Positions 50,301 to 63,520 of a DNA stretch of 64,000 bases are shown one piece after another. How positions within the stretch are numbered: position 1 is the first letter of the stretch; each line of letters begins with the position of its first letter. The stretch lies in NCBI GenBank assembly GCA_028023455.1, contig JAQFVV010000009.1:2790001-2854000 (forward strand). The letters run 5' to 3'. The translations under genes were made by a program, and so were the position numbers. Origin of the DNA: Epiperipatus broadwayi. Taxonomy: Eukaryota > Animalia > Onychophora. The notes under the pieces are model-generated. The model made no database searches. It was given only the letters and a program-made list of their open reading frames with translations, and was not told the DNA's origin.

Positions 50301-51968
50301 TATTTTTTTTGTCCATTGTATTTCTTATTGAATTTCTTAATCTTATTTACTCTCTTTTTCTATCTCTCTCTTTCTATATATATATAAACCATTCTAATAT
50401 TGTTCTTTGAATCTTATTGCATAATATTTTGCTATCATTAATTTTTCAGCTACTAATTTTAATATTGCATGATGCAGGCATAATTCCATTCTTTTTACAT
50501 TTTTTATATATTTAAGAAAATATGAATAAATGTATAAACATGATTAAAAGTTCAATGCAATTAAGTGAAAAAAGGATCATTATTAGATGATTGAAAACTT
50601 TAAAAAATATATTTAAAAATATTTATGTAGATTTGATTAGTACACTGTAAAATAGTAAGCAATAAATTTGTATTTTTAAATTTATATACTGTATATATAT
50701 ATATTACTTTTAATATATATTTTAATGATGATCATTAATAGGAGATAGAATAATTTATCATGCGATAATTAGATGTGATGATAAGTTTTCTATAAGGAAT
50801 AAGAAATAGTTTGATCCTAAATAAAATTTTATTTTATCTTAATTTGTTTATTATCAATGTTATTTAAAATTGATCAATATTTTATAGATTTGCATATTAT
50901 ATTTTATATAACTTGTATCCATATGTGCGATAAGAAAAACCAGATTGGATGAAAACAATTGTAGATTCAGGATTGATGAAAAAAATATCACCATCCTTAA
51001 TTATATTGATAGCTAGAATACTGAAGATTTTTATTTGGAAAGATAAAGAACAATAAAAAGATGAAGTTGTAGCCAAGTGTAAAGGCAAACAGTATGATAA
51101 CAGGGTCAGTTATTAAATATATAATTAATAATAAAAACATACATAAAAATATTTAAACAATATTCAATCAATTTTTTTAAGCAAATTTTAGCATTAAAAA
51201 AACCAACTTTTTTTTAGAAATCTTGAAAATAATAAATTTTTAGAAATACTGTGATGGAATTTGATTTTTTTTTTTTAAGATTTTATATCTGCTGAAAAAA
51301 TTTTCAAAAGAGATTTGGTTTTTAATGATATTGCCACTACTTTTTGCTTTGAAAAATCAGTTTTTTAAAAAATTTGTTTATATTTTAGATGTTGATGCTT
51401 TCACGTCATTACGAATATACATTTATATAACAATAGCAACTCTTTTCATACAGTAATATCATTCAGTGCACACTATAGTAAATGGATGCTAGCATGCGTG
51501 CGCATAAGAAATGATTATGTGATGCTTTAGGTTTAAAAACAATTATATACTTGATATCTTAATGTAATTCAAAACTTTGATAAATGAGTTAGTTATTCAA
51601 GAACTCTTCTATGATAGAAGCCAAGATAGTTAATCTTTATATTAAATATGGCTTTAAATATTTAAACTCAATAACTGAAGACGTAAACTATTTTGAATTC
51701 AGAAAACAAAGAATGTAGAGAACTTTTGACTAGAAATAAATATCATATGACTAGCAATTGAGTTTTATCAGGAGAATGATTTTTTAAAGTATGACTTCAT
51801 GTATGTTATTATTAGCTGTTGCATTATCTAATTAATCTTAGTATATTCATCTCAAAAATGTTCAAGAAGTTACCTTCATGATGAAATTGGGCTACTAAAT
51901 TATGATCTTATGATCAAGTTTTAAAGTTGGCTGCTAATAAGAAAAATGTCTCAACATTTTTTATTGAT

Positions 51969-53955
51969 AAACAATTGAAAGATGAAAGTGTTGTGGGTAA
52001 ATTTGATTATGGTAATAGAAATGAGAGAAAAAACAGACTTGTGGAGTTTGCAGAAAAACTACGTTATGAATTTTTTCTTTGAAATAAGTATTTCAAGATT
52101 GTAATGTTCTTAATAAATTCAACTCTGAAAGTGATTAATTAGTGAGAAAAAATGTGTTAATGCGAAATTGGAGAGACAAAAATTATTAAGAGTGTTAGCA
52201 ATTAATATTTCTAATCTTCAGAAACATTCTAATGAATTTAAATTAGAACTTGCAAATCATTTTTAAATATTAACAGATTTTGAAGATGGTTCAGAATTGA
52301 ATGAAATCATAAGAAGATATACACTAATAAGAACTGTAACAAAGATAGCCAGTAAAAAAAAAGCATGATTTACCAGTAAATTTTCTACTGAGACAATATA
52401 ATGTATGAAGAAAGAAAAGCATGTGAAAACATATAAAAATGATCCATTAAATAGAACTGAATACCTAGACTTTTATAAAATGCGATGAAAAAGAGTTAAT
52501 AAAAAATATAATTGTGAACAGACAAGGAAAAATAAAGAAGTGAATAAATATTTTGTGTAAAACATCTTGGTATGGAAAGGAGGAAAAACGAGATGACATC
52601 ATAAAATATGTTGAAGAGTTCTATAAAAAATTATAATAAAAAATAAGAAAACAAAGTATTCCCTACAATCATTACATCTTTTGAATTTCCAAGCATTTTA
52701 AAAGAAGAGAAATACAATTTTAAAAAAAGGAAAAACTAAATGATATGATTACAGAAAAATGATTGACAAAATTATCTACCAAATGTTGTTGGTAAAGAAA
52801 ATATTAGAAATTACAGACCTAAAAGTCTTTTACCAGTTCTATACAAAATTTTTACCAAGATAATTACAACTTGTGTCAACTAACTTCATATTTTAATCTA
52901 CCAAAAGAATACGCTATATTTAAAAACGGTTTTAGCACGATTGATCACATCTAAGTATTGAGAGAAATTATAGAAAAGATCAATGAACATGACTTGTCAT
53001 TATGCTTTGGATTTGTAGATTATGAAAAGGCATTAAATTCTATAAGCACTTCTACAGTGATTAAAGGAAAGAATCATCAAGATATAGATCCAGAATATTT
53101 ATCAAAATACAACAATAATTAGATTGCATGGTAATGCTAAGATTAACATTGAGAAGGGTGTTTAACAGGACGATTTCTTATATCCAAAACTTTTACATCA
53201 GTTTTACAAGAAGTATTTTGTAAATTAAATTGGAAAGCTAAGGAAATAAAACTAAATGGAAATTGTTTAAGTCAGATGATATAGTTGTTTTTTGCAAATA
53301 ATGCTTCAGAGTTTCATAAGTTATCAGATAAAACTAATAAAGTAGAATTAAAAATAAACGCTGAAAAAATAAAGATTGATAATGATAAATTTTAAAAAAT
53401 TATCAGCTGTAAATACTTTGGTCAGATTATAAATACAGATGGAAGCATAGTAAATGAAATTAATGATAGAATTAAATTTGGAGAGAATACTTTTAATAGA
53501 AATAGCTTAATATTAAAAAGTAAATATGCCTATGTATTTGAAATAGTTTTTAGTAGATGTTTTACTAGTTGTTATCTTACAGATCTGAGACTTGGGCAAT
53601 TAATAGAATAGCATTACAGAGACTTCAGATCCTTCAATGAAGTATAGAGAGATGTATGTTAGGAGTAACAAAAAGAGATTGAAAATGAAATACATGGGTG
53701 ACAGAAGAAAATATGTACTACTAACATCATTGAAAGAATTAAGAAATGGAGCTGGACTAGACATATTGCTACAAGAAATAATAGTAGATAGATCATTGAA
53801 GTCTTACGCTGGATTCCTGGTGATTTTAAAACTTATAAAGAGACTGTATATGATGATGGATGAAATAAAGTGTGCTGGTGTGTTGTGGAGAAGAGACTAG
53901 AGAAATTGGATTAGAGATCTTCATCTTGCAATGGATTGATAATAGTTGAAAATGA
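51969..53955 (+). mobile_element. Older, heavily deleted copy of the same RTE family as 27028-29606
   Basis: Colinear nucleotide similarity from gacttgtggagtttgcagaaaaa through ttcatcttgcaatggattgataat, with many deletions and stops. Confidence 0.92.
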
Positions 53956-54743
53956 TATATATTATTGTCAAAATATAAACAATATAAAGCACAGAGCAAA
54001 TTTAAATATTACTCTTATTTTAACTTTAATAAAAAATATTTTAAATAATACTTGAATGACAGTAGCAAATATATTGTGCTATATTAAATGAATTACTGTT
54101 ACTTCACCAGCATAATTTTATAACCATATTACTTACTGGAATTAGCTTGATAATTGCTTCAGAGAGAGAAAAAAAGCATAATCTATTAATATCTTTGAAT
54201 TACTATCATGCCATAATGATAAAGAATGGCATAATTTTTTAATACTTGGGAATTTATTTCAATAACATACTTCCATGAGACAAAATGGCAATGAAGAAAT
54301 TGTTATTGGAGCACGAGATTTGGAAGCACTAGACAAGCAAGAATAAATAAAGATTTGATATGTCTTTTTTTTTAATGAAAAGGTTGAGAATGTTATATAT
54401 AAAAAGAGATAAATGTAAAAAAACAATATTTCCTTAGTATGCATGGACCACATGCCACTGATTGATTCAGTAACCAATTAAGGAAAATAATGAATGATTT
54501 AGCAAAAAAAATGTCAACTTTGATAAAGATGACAAACAAAGTCTTAAATAAATTGGAGGTTTTAATCTCCAAGTATCTAAACAGCATTGGCTTGAATAAT
54601 ACTCAGTATGCTAGACTTGTAGTAATGTCAGTTTATTGACTTTAAATGAATTTTATTATTTTCTACTACTGAATAAAAGATATCTTTCTTCATAACATCT
54701 AGGGAGAAAATAATAGCATTTTGATTAATAACAACATCTAGAA

Positions 54744-55080
54744 CAGTGGTCTTCAACCTTTTCACACCTGCGGACCGGTAAAAATAAGGATAAGGTTCTG
54801 CGGACCAGCAAAAATAAGGATAAGATTTCGCAGACTGGCAGAAGTCTATAGATAAATTTTCTTAAAGATAAGCATAATTGTTATAACTGATCAAAACAAC
54901 AATGTTAAATATATAAGATAAAGTTTTATAGATATATATGGAGTTTATATAATAAACTTTTTTTTAAAATTTTTTTAGAAAAGTAATAAAAAATTTAATT
55001 CTACCCCCCCCCCCCCATAAACATCTGTGATAACTAGAAAAACAAATTAATTTATGAATGATTGATTAGATTTTGTTCTC
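54744..55080. mobile_element. Truncated second copy of the hAT MITE family
   Basis: Same left TIR CAGTGGTCTTCAACC after ATCTAGAA; shares the 5' ~160 bp and the ccccataaacatctgtgata block with 17163-18700; no right TIR seen. Confidence 0.85.
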
Positions 55081-55553
55081 TTTTTTTCCTTCTTCGATAT
55101 ATTTTTTAATTTGAATTTTTATTTTTCTATAATGTTGCAAGCTTTTTAATCCAATAAATAAATTATTGAATAATTTGAGAATGTAGTCATTTCTTATTCT
55201 ATTCCCATATTTATTATATTTTGAAATTATATATGTATTTTTCTTAGAAACATTTCAAATTGTTTTATATAAGATTTTTAAAAAATACTATCAAAGATTT
55301 TTTTTTTCTACAATTGTATATTCAAGAAATTCATTAAATACTAAAATATTAATTTTATATTTAATTTTTTCTTTTTTATATATAATTTTCTTCTATTAGA
55401 TCAATTATTTTTTTTGTGCAGTAATGCTAATCTATTAATATTAGAAAACTTGTTATTCCATAGATCAATAAATATTCATATAGATTTATATATAACAATA
55501 TGAATATTTAGAGGAAAAATATCTTTAATTCTGTAAAACATACTTATAAAATA

Positions 55554-55799
55554 TCAGAATATATTAATTAATATGTTAATATGATATTTCAATGATACTT
55601 TTTCATCTATTATCATTCCAAGATATTTAATATATTTTACTTGCTCTATTTTTATATATTTATTATTACTATGTATTGTATTATTATCATATATTGAAAT
55701 GATATTTATATATGCTTCATGTTGGTAATTTAAAAATTCAAAGAAATTTTTCAAAATAAAAGTTTTTAAACAAAAATTATATATATACTTTATATGCAC
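55554..55799 (-). mobile_element. L2/CR1-group RT C-terminal remnant
   Basis: IEQVKYIKYLGMIIDEKVSLKYHI matches the typical KYLG.IID.KL.W..HI motif. Confidence 0.45.
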
Positions 55800-57764
55800 A
55801 AATAAATATCTATAGTATAATTAATGATAAATTTATTTTAAAAGTATGTTAAAACAAAATGTGTTATTATTATTATTATTAACAAATGCTTATAAACAAA
55901 TTAAGTAGGGACATAAATATCTAATGTAATTTAGGCTGTTATTTCATTTATCTCTTTCAAAGATAAAAATTTGTAAATGGTATGATTAGGCAAATCGAAC
56001 TGTGGACTGAAACGGAGGTCAGACATTATTTACAATCAATAGATCAAAGGATTCAAGCAACTATAGATGGATTCTATTTTGGCTGATAAGTAGGTCAAAA
56101 AATATAAATACAGATCATAAGCCGGTTTATTATTATTGTGAATCTTTTGATTTTATTCTGCTGAGTGCTTTAAGTCTGTCTTATTCAGCCAATGTGCTTG
56201 CTTATGTATTTTGGTTCCAAAGCCATGCAAGAGTAGAGATGCTACCATTTGCTTCACCCTGGCCAGCTGGCAGAGTGCAAGCCATAGTCCATTGCTGAAT
56301 CCAGAAAAGAAAGTTGTCAACTAATGGAGAAACATATTGAACATTTCATTCTTGATACATTTTATATGTACAAACTTCTAATGTCCAAAGATATAGGGAA
56401 AACCAGTCTTCATTTAAAGAATAAACTACTGCCAAAGCTACCTAGTGAATTTTGAATTATGATTAAAATCTACCACTACCATAGCTATAGTTCAACAAAT
56501 AAAGTCCACCAAGATAAACCAATACCTAAAGACTGAATGCGAACTTTTAATGCTGAAAGGTATGAACTTTAAAAGAATATTATAAATCTCTTAGCATTAT
56601 TGTTATTTATCTTCTCTCTAATGAAAATGTTTTAGTTGAGTAATTGTTTGTTAAATATGTTTATAAGCAGATATGACAAGAGATTATTTTGTTCTCTTTA
56701 TCATGCCCCAAGTTAGTTGCCGATAATTATACAAAAAGAAATTTAAGTTTATTATAGCAATCTCTGGCCATGCTTTTAATGATTTGTTTTCAGTCATTTC
56801 CACTTTATTGAAAATATAAACAATTTAAATCTGTAATTTAATGGACCCTGAAAGGAATTCGATCAGGCTGCACAGACGAGTGAATTAATATTATATTTTT
56901 GTCTTTTAACAAATTAGTTTTAAGCAAACTACCCTCCAATTTTGAGGAAGGAGAATTGGGAGTATTGAAGTAAATGAACTGCTGTAATCTTTATTTTGGA
57001 CTGTTTTGTTTACATATGAAATTCATTCGTATGTAAATTTATTTTTATATTTAGTGCAATAGTATGCAGTAGATGAAAATTCCTGTTGTATATTATCTGC
57101 CATGTCTTTGTACATATCGTGGATAATACCATTTGCAAAACTGCTGGTCACTTATGCTTGATATGCGAGATGTAAATTCCTATCGTATAGCATGCTCCTA
57201 GCTCACATGTATGTATCTATCAATAAATAATGTAATGCTGGTGTTGTCTCTTATACTTACTTATATAGCATTTAATTACTTACAGCCTGAAAGTATTTAT
57301 AGTAGTCCGGTTATTTAAATAGTTTATAAATTTATTGTATACTAAGACTGTATGTTTATTAATCTTAAAACTGTAATAATAATTGCTTGCGAATATTAGT
57401 CTATATAGCTAGTTTATACCTTTTCAGAATATCTGTTAAGATGCGTTTAAACTGTATTATATCATATATAACATCTGTGCATAAATTTAATTATAACATG
57501 AATAAAATTAATTATTGAATCAATCATTCATTAAACACATGAATTTGTTTATAAATTGACTACTTAAATTGTAATGTGTCATTAAATTTTTAGCATTTTA
57601 TCATTATTTTGTAATCAATAGTTAGAATAGAATAAGAGTCTCGTGTGCCTGAGGCTGTAAAAGAAGAAATTGTTGTTCTATTATGTCAGAATGTGGACCA
57701 CATATGCAGATTGCCCTTAGGTGATTTTGAATTGTATATTTGGACAGTTACAATATATAATCAT

Positions 57765-59220
57765 ATGTAAATGAGATATTTATTTATATAGCACGATGTA
57801 TATAAATTGTAATAAACTAAAGATCAGCATTTCAAGCTAATGTACATACATTTTTTTATGAATGTTAATAATAAATGAATACTTTCATTTCCAACACAAG
57901 ATAAAGTCTTTGCGAAAGAATAAAATGAATTCACCTATTCTTTCAACCCAAATGCTTAAGTATGGGCAAATCTTAAGCACTGGAAATGAAAGCTTGAAGA
58001 TAAACCAATCACTTTAAATTACTCTTTACCATGTCTGAATGAATGACGCTCATGAAATTTTCTAGAATTTACGACACGTCATTCTTAAATGAAACTAAAC
58101 ATATGTAAATGAGATATTTATTTATATAGTGCGATGTATATAAATTGTAATAAACTAAAGATCAGCATTTCAAGCTAATGTACATGTGCTTTTTTATGAA
58201 TGTTAATAATAAATGAATACTTTCATTTCCAACACAAGATAGTTTGTGAAAGAATAGAATGAATCCACCTATTCTTTCAACCCAAATGCTTAAGTATGGG
58301 CAAATCTTAAGCACTGGAAATGAAAGTGTAAAGATAAACCAATCACTTTAAATTACTCTTTACCATGTCTGAATGAATGATGCCCACGAAATTTTCTAGA
58401 ATTTATGATACGTCATTCTTAAATGAAACTAAATATATGTAAATGAGATATTTATTTATATAGCGCTATGTATATAAATTGAAATAAACAAAAGATCAGC
58501 ATTTCAAGCTAATGTACATGCACTTTTTTATGAATGTTAATAATAAATGAATATTTTCATTTCCAACACAACAAAAGTCTTTGCGAAAGAATAGAATGAA
58601 TCCACCTATTCTTTCAACCCAAATGCTTAAGTATGGGCAAATCTTAAGCACTGAAAATGAAAGCGTGGTAAAGAGTAATTTAAAGTGATTGGTTTATCTT
58701 CACGCTTTCATTTCCAGTGCTTAAGATTTGCTCATAATTAAGCATTTGGGTTGAAAGAATAGGTGGATTCATTCTATTCTTTTGCAAAGACTTTATCTTG
58801 TGTTGAAAATGAAAGTATTCATTTATTATTAATATTCATAAAAAAGCGCATGTACATTAGCTTGAAATGCTGATCTTTAGTTTATTACAATTTATATACA
58901 TCGCACTATATAAATAAATATCTCATTTACATATGTTTAGTTTCATTTAAGAATGTGTCATAAATTCTAGAAGATTTTGTGGGCATCATTCATTCAGACA
59001 TGGTAAAGAGTAATTTAAAGTGATTGGTTTATCTTCACACTTTCATTTCCAATGCTTAAGATTTGCCCATACTTAAGCATTTGGGTTGAAAGAATAGGTG
59101 AATTCATTCTATTCTTTCACAAAGACTTTATCTTGTGTTGGAAATGAAAGTATTCATTTATTATTAACATTCATAAAAAAAAGCGCATGTACATTAGCTT
59201 GAAATGCTGATCTTTAGTTT
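57765..59220. repeat. Insertion of a ~338-bp tandem repeat with internal inversion and 13-bp TSD
   Basis: Forward monomers start at 57765, 58103 and 58437 (last one partial, to 58667); inverted monomers 58668-59220; AATATATAATCAT at 57752-57764 and 59221-59233. Confidence 0.95.
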
Positions 59221-61088
59221 AATATATAATCATGTACATGTGCATTAAAATTTTTATATTTCTCATGGGAACATATTCACACACATTTTATTTTACATAT
59301 AAATTCCTTTGCCAAAACACCAAAAGACAATTTTGTTCAAGCTTTCTTGACATTTTTTAAATAAAATATCAATATTGTTTTTACACTCATAACAATATCA
59401 TCTGCACACTGATATATTGATCCATCAATATTAATATTTCCCTATCATTTATGAAAATCAGAAACAATAATGCACTAAGTATAGAACCTTGAGAAATTCC
59501 TTATAAATTTTTTTACTCATTACTTAATATATTTGATATTTTTCATATAACATATTTAGTATTTAAATAATTTTTGGAAAAAGAAGAGCAATTTTTTTCT
59601 AATTCCAGTTTTCTAATCTGTGAATCATTTGTTTATGTTCAATAATGTCAAATTTCTTATAAAAATAATAAAAAAAATGTAATTACATATTTTTTTATCA
59701 TCTAATGCACTATTAATTTGATCTGCAAAATTCTCCATTAACATATGTGTTTCTTCCTTCTATGAATCTATTGTTTTTTATTAAAAAAGTTATTTTTATT
59801 TAAAAATTCTTTGATTATTTTATAAATATAATTTTATATTATTTTGGTAATTGAAAAAACAATATAAATCTATAGTTATCAAAATTATTTTTATCACGAG
59901 GTTTAAAAACTGGTCATAATATAGATTTTTAAAGTAATGCAGGAGAAATTCACTACTTTCCATTATTTTATTAATCATGTAAATTACATCTGATAGAATA
60001 TCAATATTATTTTTTATATCTGCCATTATATTAACTCTACATTCTTTTATTATTTCATATAAATCTTCATTTAGATATGACATAAATATTGAATGAGGTT
60101 GACTTTTTTTTTTTTTTTTAAATATTAATCTCATAATTAAATGTTTTAAGTTTGCTAATTATTTCTATAAATATGATATTAAAGATATTTGCTAGAAGCA
60201 AACTATCATTTATGGTAAAAAAAAATTTTTTTAATCTTCATCATTTATTTAATTGAATTTCCATAGTAATATTTATTTTTTCCATAGGCTGGGGAAGGAG
60301 TAGAAAGTTAGCAAAACTATAAATAAAATCTTAATAAGATGGCCAATATAAAAAGTGCGTACAAATTCCTATAATGATGCTAAAACAATTTTAAGATCTA
60401 ATTTATAGAGGGCAATCTTAATTAGATTTTGAAAATTGCATCATATATTTTAATTAGGAAAACAAATTTTTAAAAATATATTTTGAAAAAAAAAAATTGT
60501 AATCTCAAAAAGAAGTGATCATATAAACAATATTTCTTCTGCATATTTATGTTCATGGTCAATGTTGTAAAGATTTGCATTGGTCCATTTTTTCATTGAT
60601 CAGCTCTCCTGAGCTTTACAATCCATTCCTTTACACAATTATCATGACATAGAAGTATCCTAGAAAAATTGAGATATTCTTAACATCTGAATTTTGTCAT
60701 ATCTGAAAATATGTTAAGATGACATGCCCATTCAAGATTGAAATTATCTTTGATTCCATTGTTGCTTGAAAAATCTTTTTTTCTTAATGCTTGTTTCTAC
60801 TTTTGTGTGTATTGTATTTTCTGGTAGTTTTAGAATTCATGAATTCCACAATTTAATTTCTTGAAAAAAATTATCTTTCTAAATTTGGATTCTTCCTGGG
60901 GATTACCATAGCATTTTCTGACATCCATTTTAATATTGGCAGTGAATAAAAGTTTCTAGATCAAACACTAACAAATGCAAATATATATATAATAAATGTA
61001 AAAGTATAATATCCATTATAAAAAATATTATATGTAATATATAAATATCACATGACCACCACCCTCTTATGCTTGTGTATAACTATTG

Positions 61089-61318
61089 TTAAAACAGGAA
61101 AAACTCACTATACGTATTGCCACACACAGCAAGATCTAGGTGCAGTGCTTTCAGATCCAAGGCTCCTCACTGACGAAGGCCACAAGCCAGAAATTAGTCT
61201 GGGGATATTGGATGAGTAGGCACTAGATGGGGATTTTATGCACAAGCCTTCTGGCATCCATTGATTACTCTAGCTTGCTGTGTGTGGCAATACGTATAGT
61301 GAGTTTTGCCTGTTTTAA
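61089..61318 (+). mobile_element. 230-bp fold-back mini-element containing a hammerhead motif
   Basis: 45-bp inverted arms 61089-61133 / 61274-61318; hammerhead-like UCCUCA CUGACGA AGGC CACAA GCCA GAAA UUAG UC UGGGGA at 61164-61205. Confidence 0.8.
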
Positions 61319-61322
61319 TATA

Positions 61323-62123
61323 TAAATAAACAATTTAACAGTAAAAAATTATATTTTAAATTCTTTAGTAGCACTTTCAATTATGTAGTAATCCTCGTCA
61401 GCTTTAAATGATTTTCAAATTTTAATATTACCCAAATTTCCATAAACTGTGTATGGCCATATTTGCAACTTGCCTATTAATAACATCTTTATATTTATCT
61501 ATTAAAATTGCCTCTTTAATTTTTCTCTTTTTATGAATCCTTTCTTCCATTAATATTAAATGTAAACCTATAATTACAAATCTTTTCATGGTCAAAGAAT
61601 ACTGAAGCTGTATTAAATTAACTATTTACATTATTTTTAATCCGATTATATAATAACTGATGCTAAAATGCAAAGAAGTAATATAATTTATCAGATTTCA
61701 TGTGGATGTAATAAATTATATATTGGTGAATCGAGATGTTCTGTGGAAAAAAGATTAAAGGAGCATCAGTTATTATATAATCGGATTAAAAATAATGTAA
61801 ATAGTCAATTTAATACAGCTTCAGTATTCTTTGACCATGAAAAGACTTGTAATTATAGGTTTACATTTAATATTAATGAAATAAAAATATTAATGGAAGA
61901 AAACAATCATAAAAAGAGAAAAATTAAAGAGGCAATTTTAATAAATAAATATAAAGATAATGTTATTAATAGGCAAGTTGCAAATACACCCACACACAGC
62001 TTATGGAAATTTACGTAACATAAAAATTTGAAAATCACTTAAAGCTGACGAGGATTACTACGTAATTGAAAGCGCTACTAAAGAATTTAAAATATATTTT
62101 TTTACTGTTAAATTGTTTATTTA
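61323..62123 (+). mobile_element. Penelope-like 3' fragment with an inverted partial copy (GIY-YIG + pLTR)
   Basis: ORF 61668-62018 IIYQISCGCNKLYIGE..RLKEH..KRKIKEA..INRQ; 61323-61664 is the reverse complement of 61762-62123. Confidence 0.92.
62041..62083 (+). ncRNA. Minimal hammerhead motif in Penelope pLTR
   Basis: CUGACGA (62045-62051) G GAUUAC UAC GUAAUU GAAA GCGC UA. Helix I is weak. Mirror copy on the minus strand with core at 61395-61401. Confidence 0.7.
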
Positions 62124-62129
62124 CACACA

Positions 62130-63417
62130 CACATATATAACTATACCCATTAAAACGTCTGTATTTTTAAATCATATAATAATTCAAACAAATCTATTCA
62201 ACACAGTATTCAAATTTTAAATAAAATAAATACTTTACTGGAAGTACTTTCGATTGTATCACTGACAATCTTTATCAACCATTAATTAGTTCAAATCTAT
62301 ACAAAATGAAAACTTATATTACCTGTCATTCAATTCATTCAAATTTACCATAATTCTGTTATCTTTATATTAGCTGATTGTCTATTCATTAAACCATTTC
62401 CATTTCTAGATATTATCATTGCCTCCTTAATTTTTCGTTTTTCATTACATCTTTCAATTTGAATAACTTTCACATCTCTATTATTAAATTTAAAACCATA
62501 ATTACACACACTATTATGATCAAAAATAACTGATGGAGTATTAATACCTACTGAAGTTACATTTTCTTTCTGTATACGTTTATACAATATCTTATGATCA
62601 TTATATCTTTTTCGTAATGTACACTTTGACTCCCTATATATTTCATTCCACAACCATATATCAACATATATATAACAGAACTTAGTTCAAACTTAAAAAT
62701 CCCAGTTTTAGAATTATTTATCATATCATTTATATTATTTGAAGAGAAAAAAGTTACCCTACGCAAAGCACTATAAAGTTTATTAATTAATTTAGCTTGT
62801 TGATTAGATATAAAAGGAATAGCAATCCATTTATCACTTTTTAACTTATTTAATATTTTTTTATTATTATTTTTACTTTGATTATATTTTTTAATTGTAT
62901 TATAAATAACATTTCTTCCATAACCAACATTTAACATATCAGTAACAAATACATTAACATTTTCAATTTTATCACTAACAAACTTAACACAAAAAATCAT
63001 TGCTAAACAAAAATGATTTCAAACCAGTCAATTTATGACTAATATGAACTCTAGAATTATACGGAATATAACCCCTAATTTCCACAAGCTTTAACACCAT
63101 ACTATAATCCAACACATTATTATTTCTTTTAATAAATATATCTAAAAATTTTATAGAATTTTCTTTCTCTTCCTTTAACACCCATTTTATATTACTAATC
63201 ATATTTAACTCATTAAATCAATCAATTATTATTTCATTATGTGCACATATAAATATTCATCATCGACATATCTACAATATACTTTAATTCTTTTATATTT
63301 TACCTGAGATAATATTGTAAATTCATAACTAGAAATAAAAAAATTACAAATTTATGATACCACAGAAAGACCCATTGGCTAACCATAATTCATTTTATAA
63401 AAACAATCATTAAATTT
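62130..63417 (-). mobile_element. Penelope-like element, 5'-truncated (RT C-half + GIY-YIG + pLTR)
   Basis: G*PMG near 63375, RYVDD (YVDD 63259-63270), IKFLDIFI, KYIG, KRKIKEA; frameshifts near 63000 and 62640; decayed hammerhead 62236-62283. Confidence 0.92.
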
Positions 63418-63520
63418 AACATATATATGATCATTTACAAATCTTAATATTTTTATAATAACAATATATAATAACATATATATGATCATTTACAAATATT
63501 AATATTTTTATAATAACAAT
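63417..63520. repeat. 55-bp tandem duplication at the 5' truncation point of the Penelope element
   Basis: taacatatatatgatcatttacaaat starts at 63417 and 63472. Confidence 0.85.

Noticed and set aside
58040-58110. Hammerhead-like ctgaatga..atgacg/cgtcat..gaaac in the 338-bp monomer
   Set aside because: Extra base in the core, 8 nt between helix II and GAAA, and no usable helix III.
57765-59220. CRISPR array
   Set aside because: Whole monomers repeat with no unique spacers; eukaryotic context and no cas genes.
1714-60134. Remaining 60-104-aa low-complexity F/I/L/K/N-rich ORFs
   Set aside because: Expected by chance in very AT-rich DNA, or fragments of decayed LINEs.
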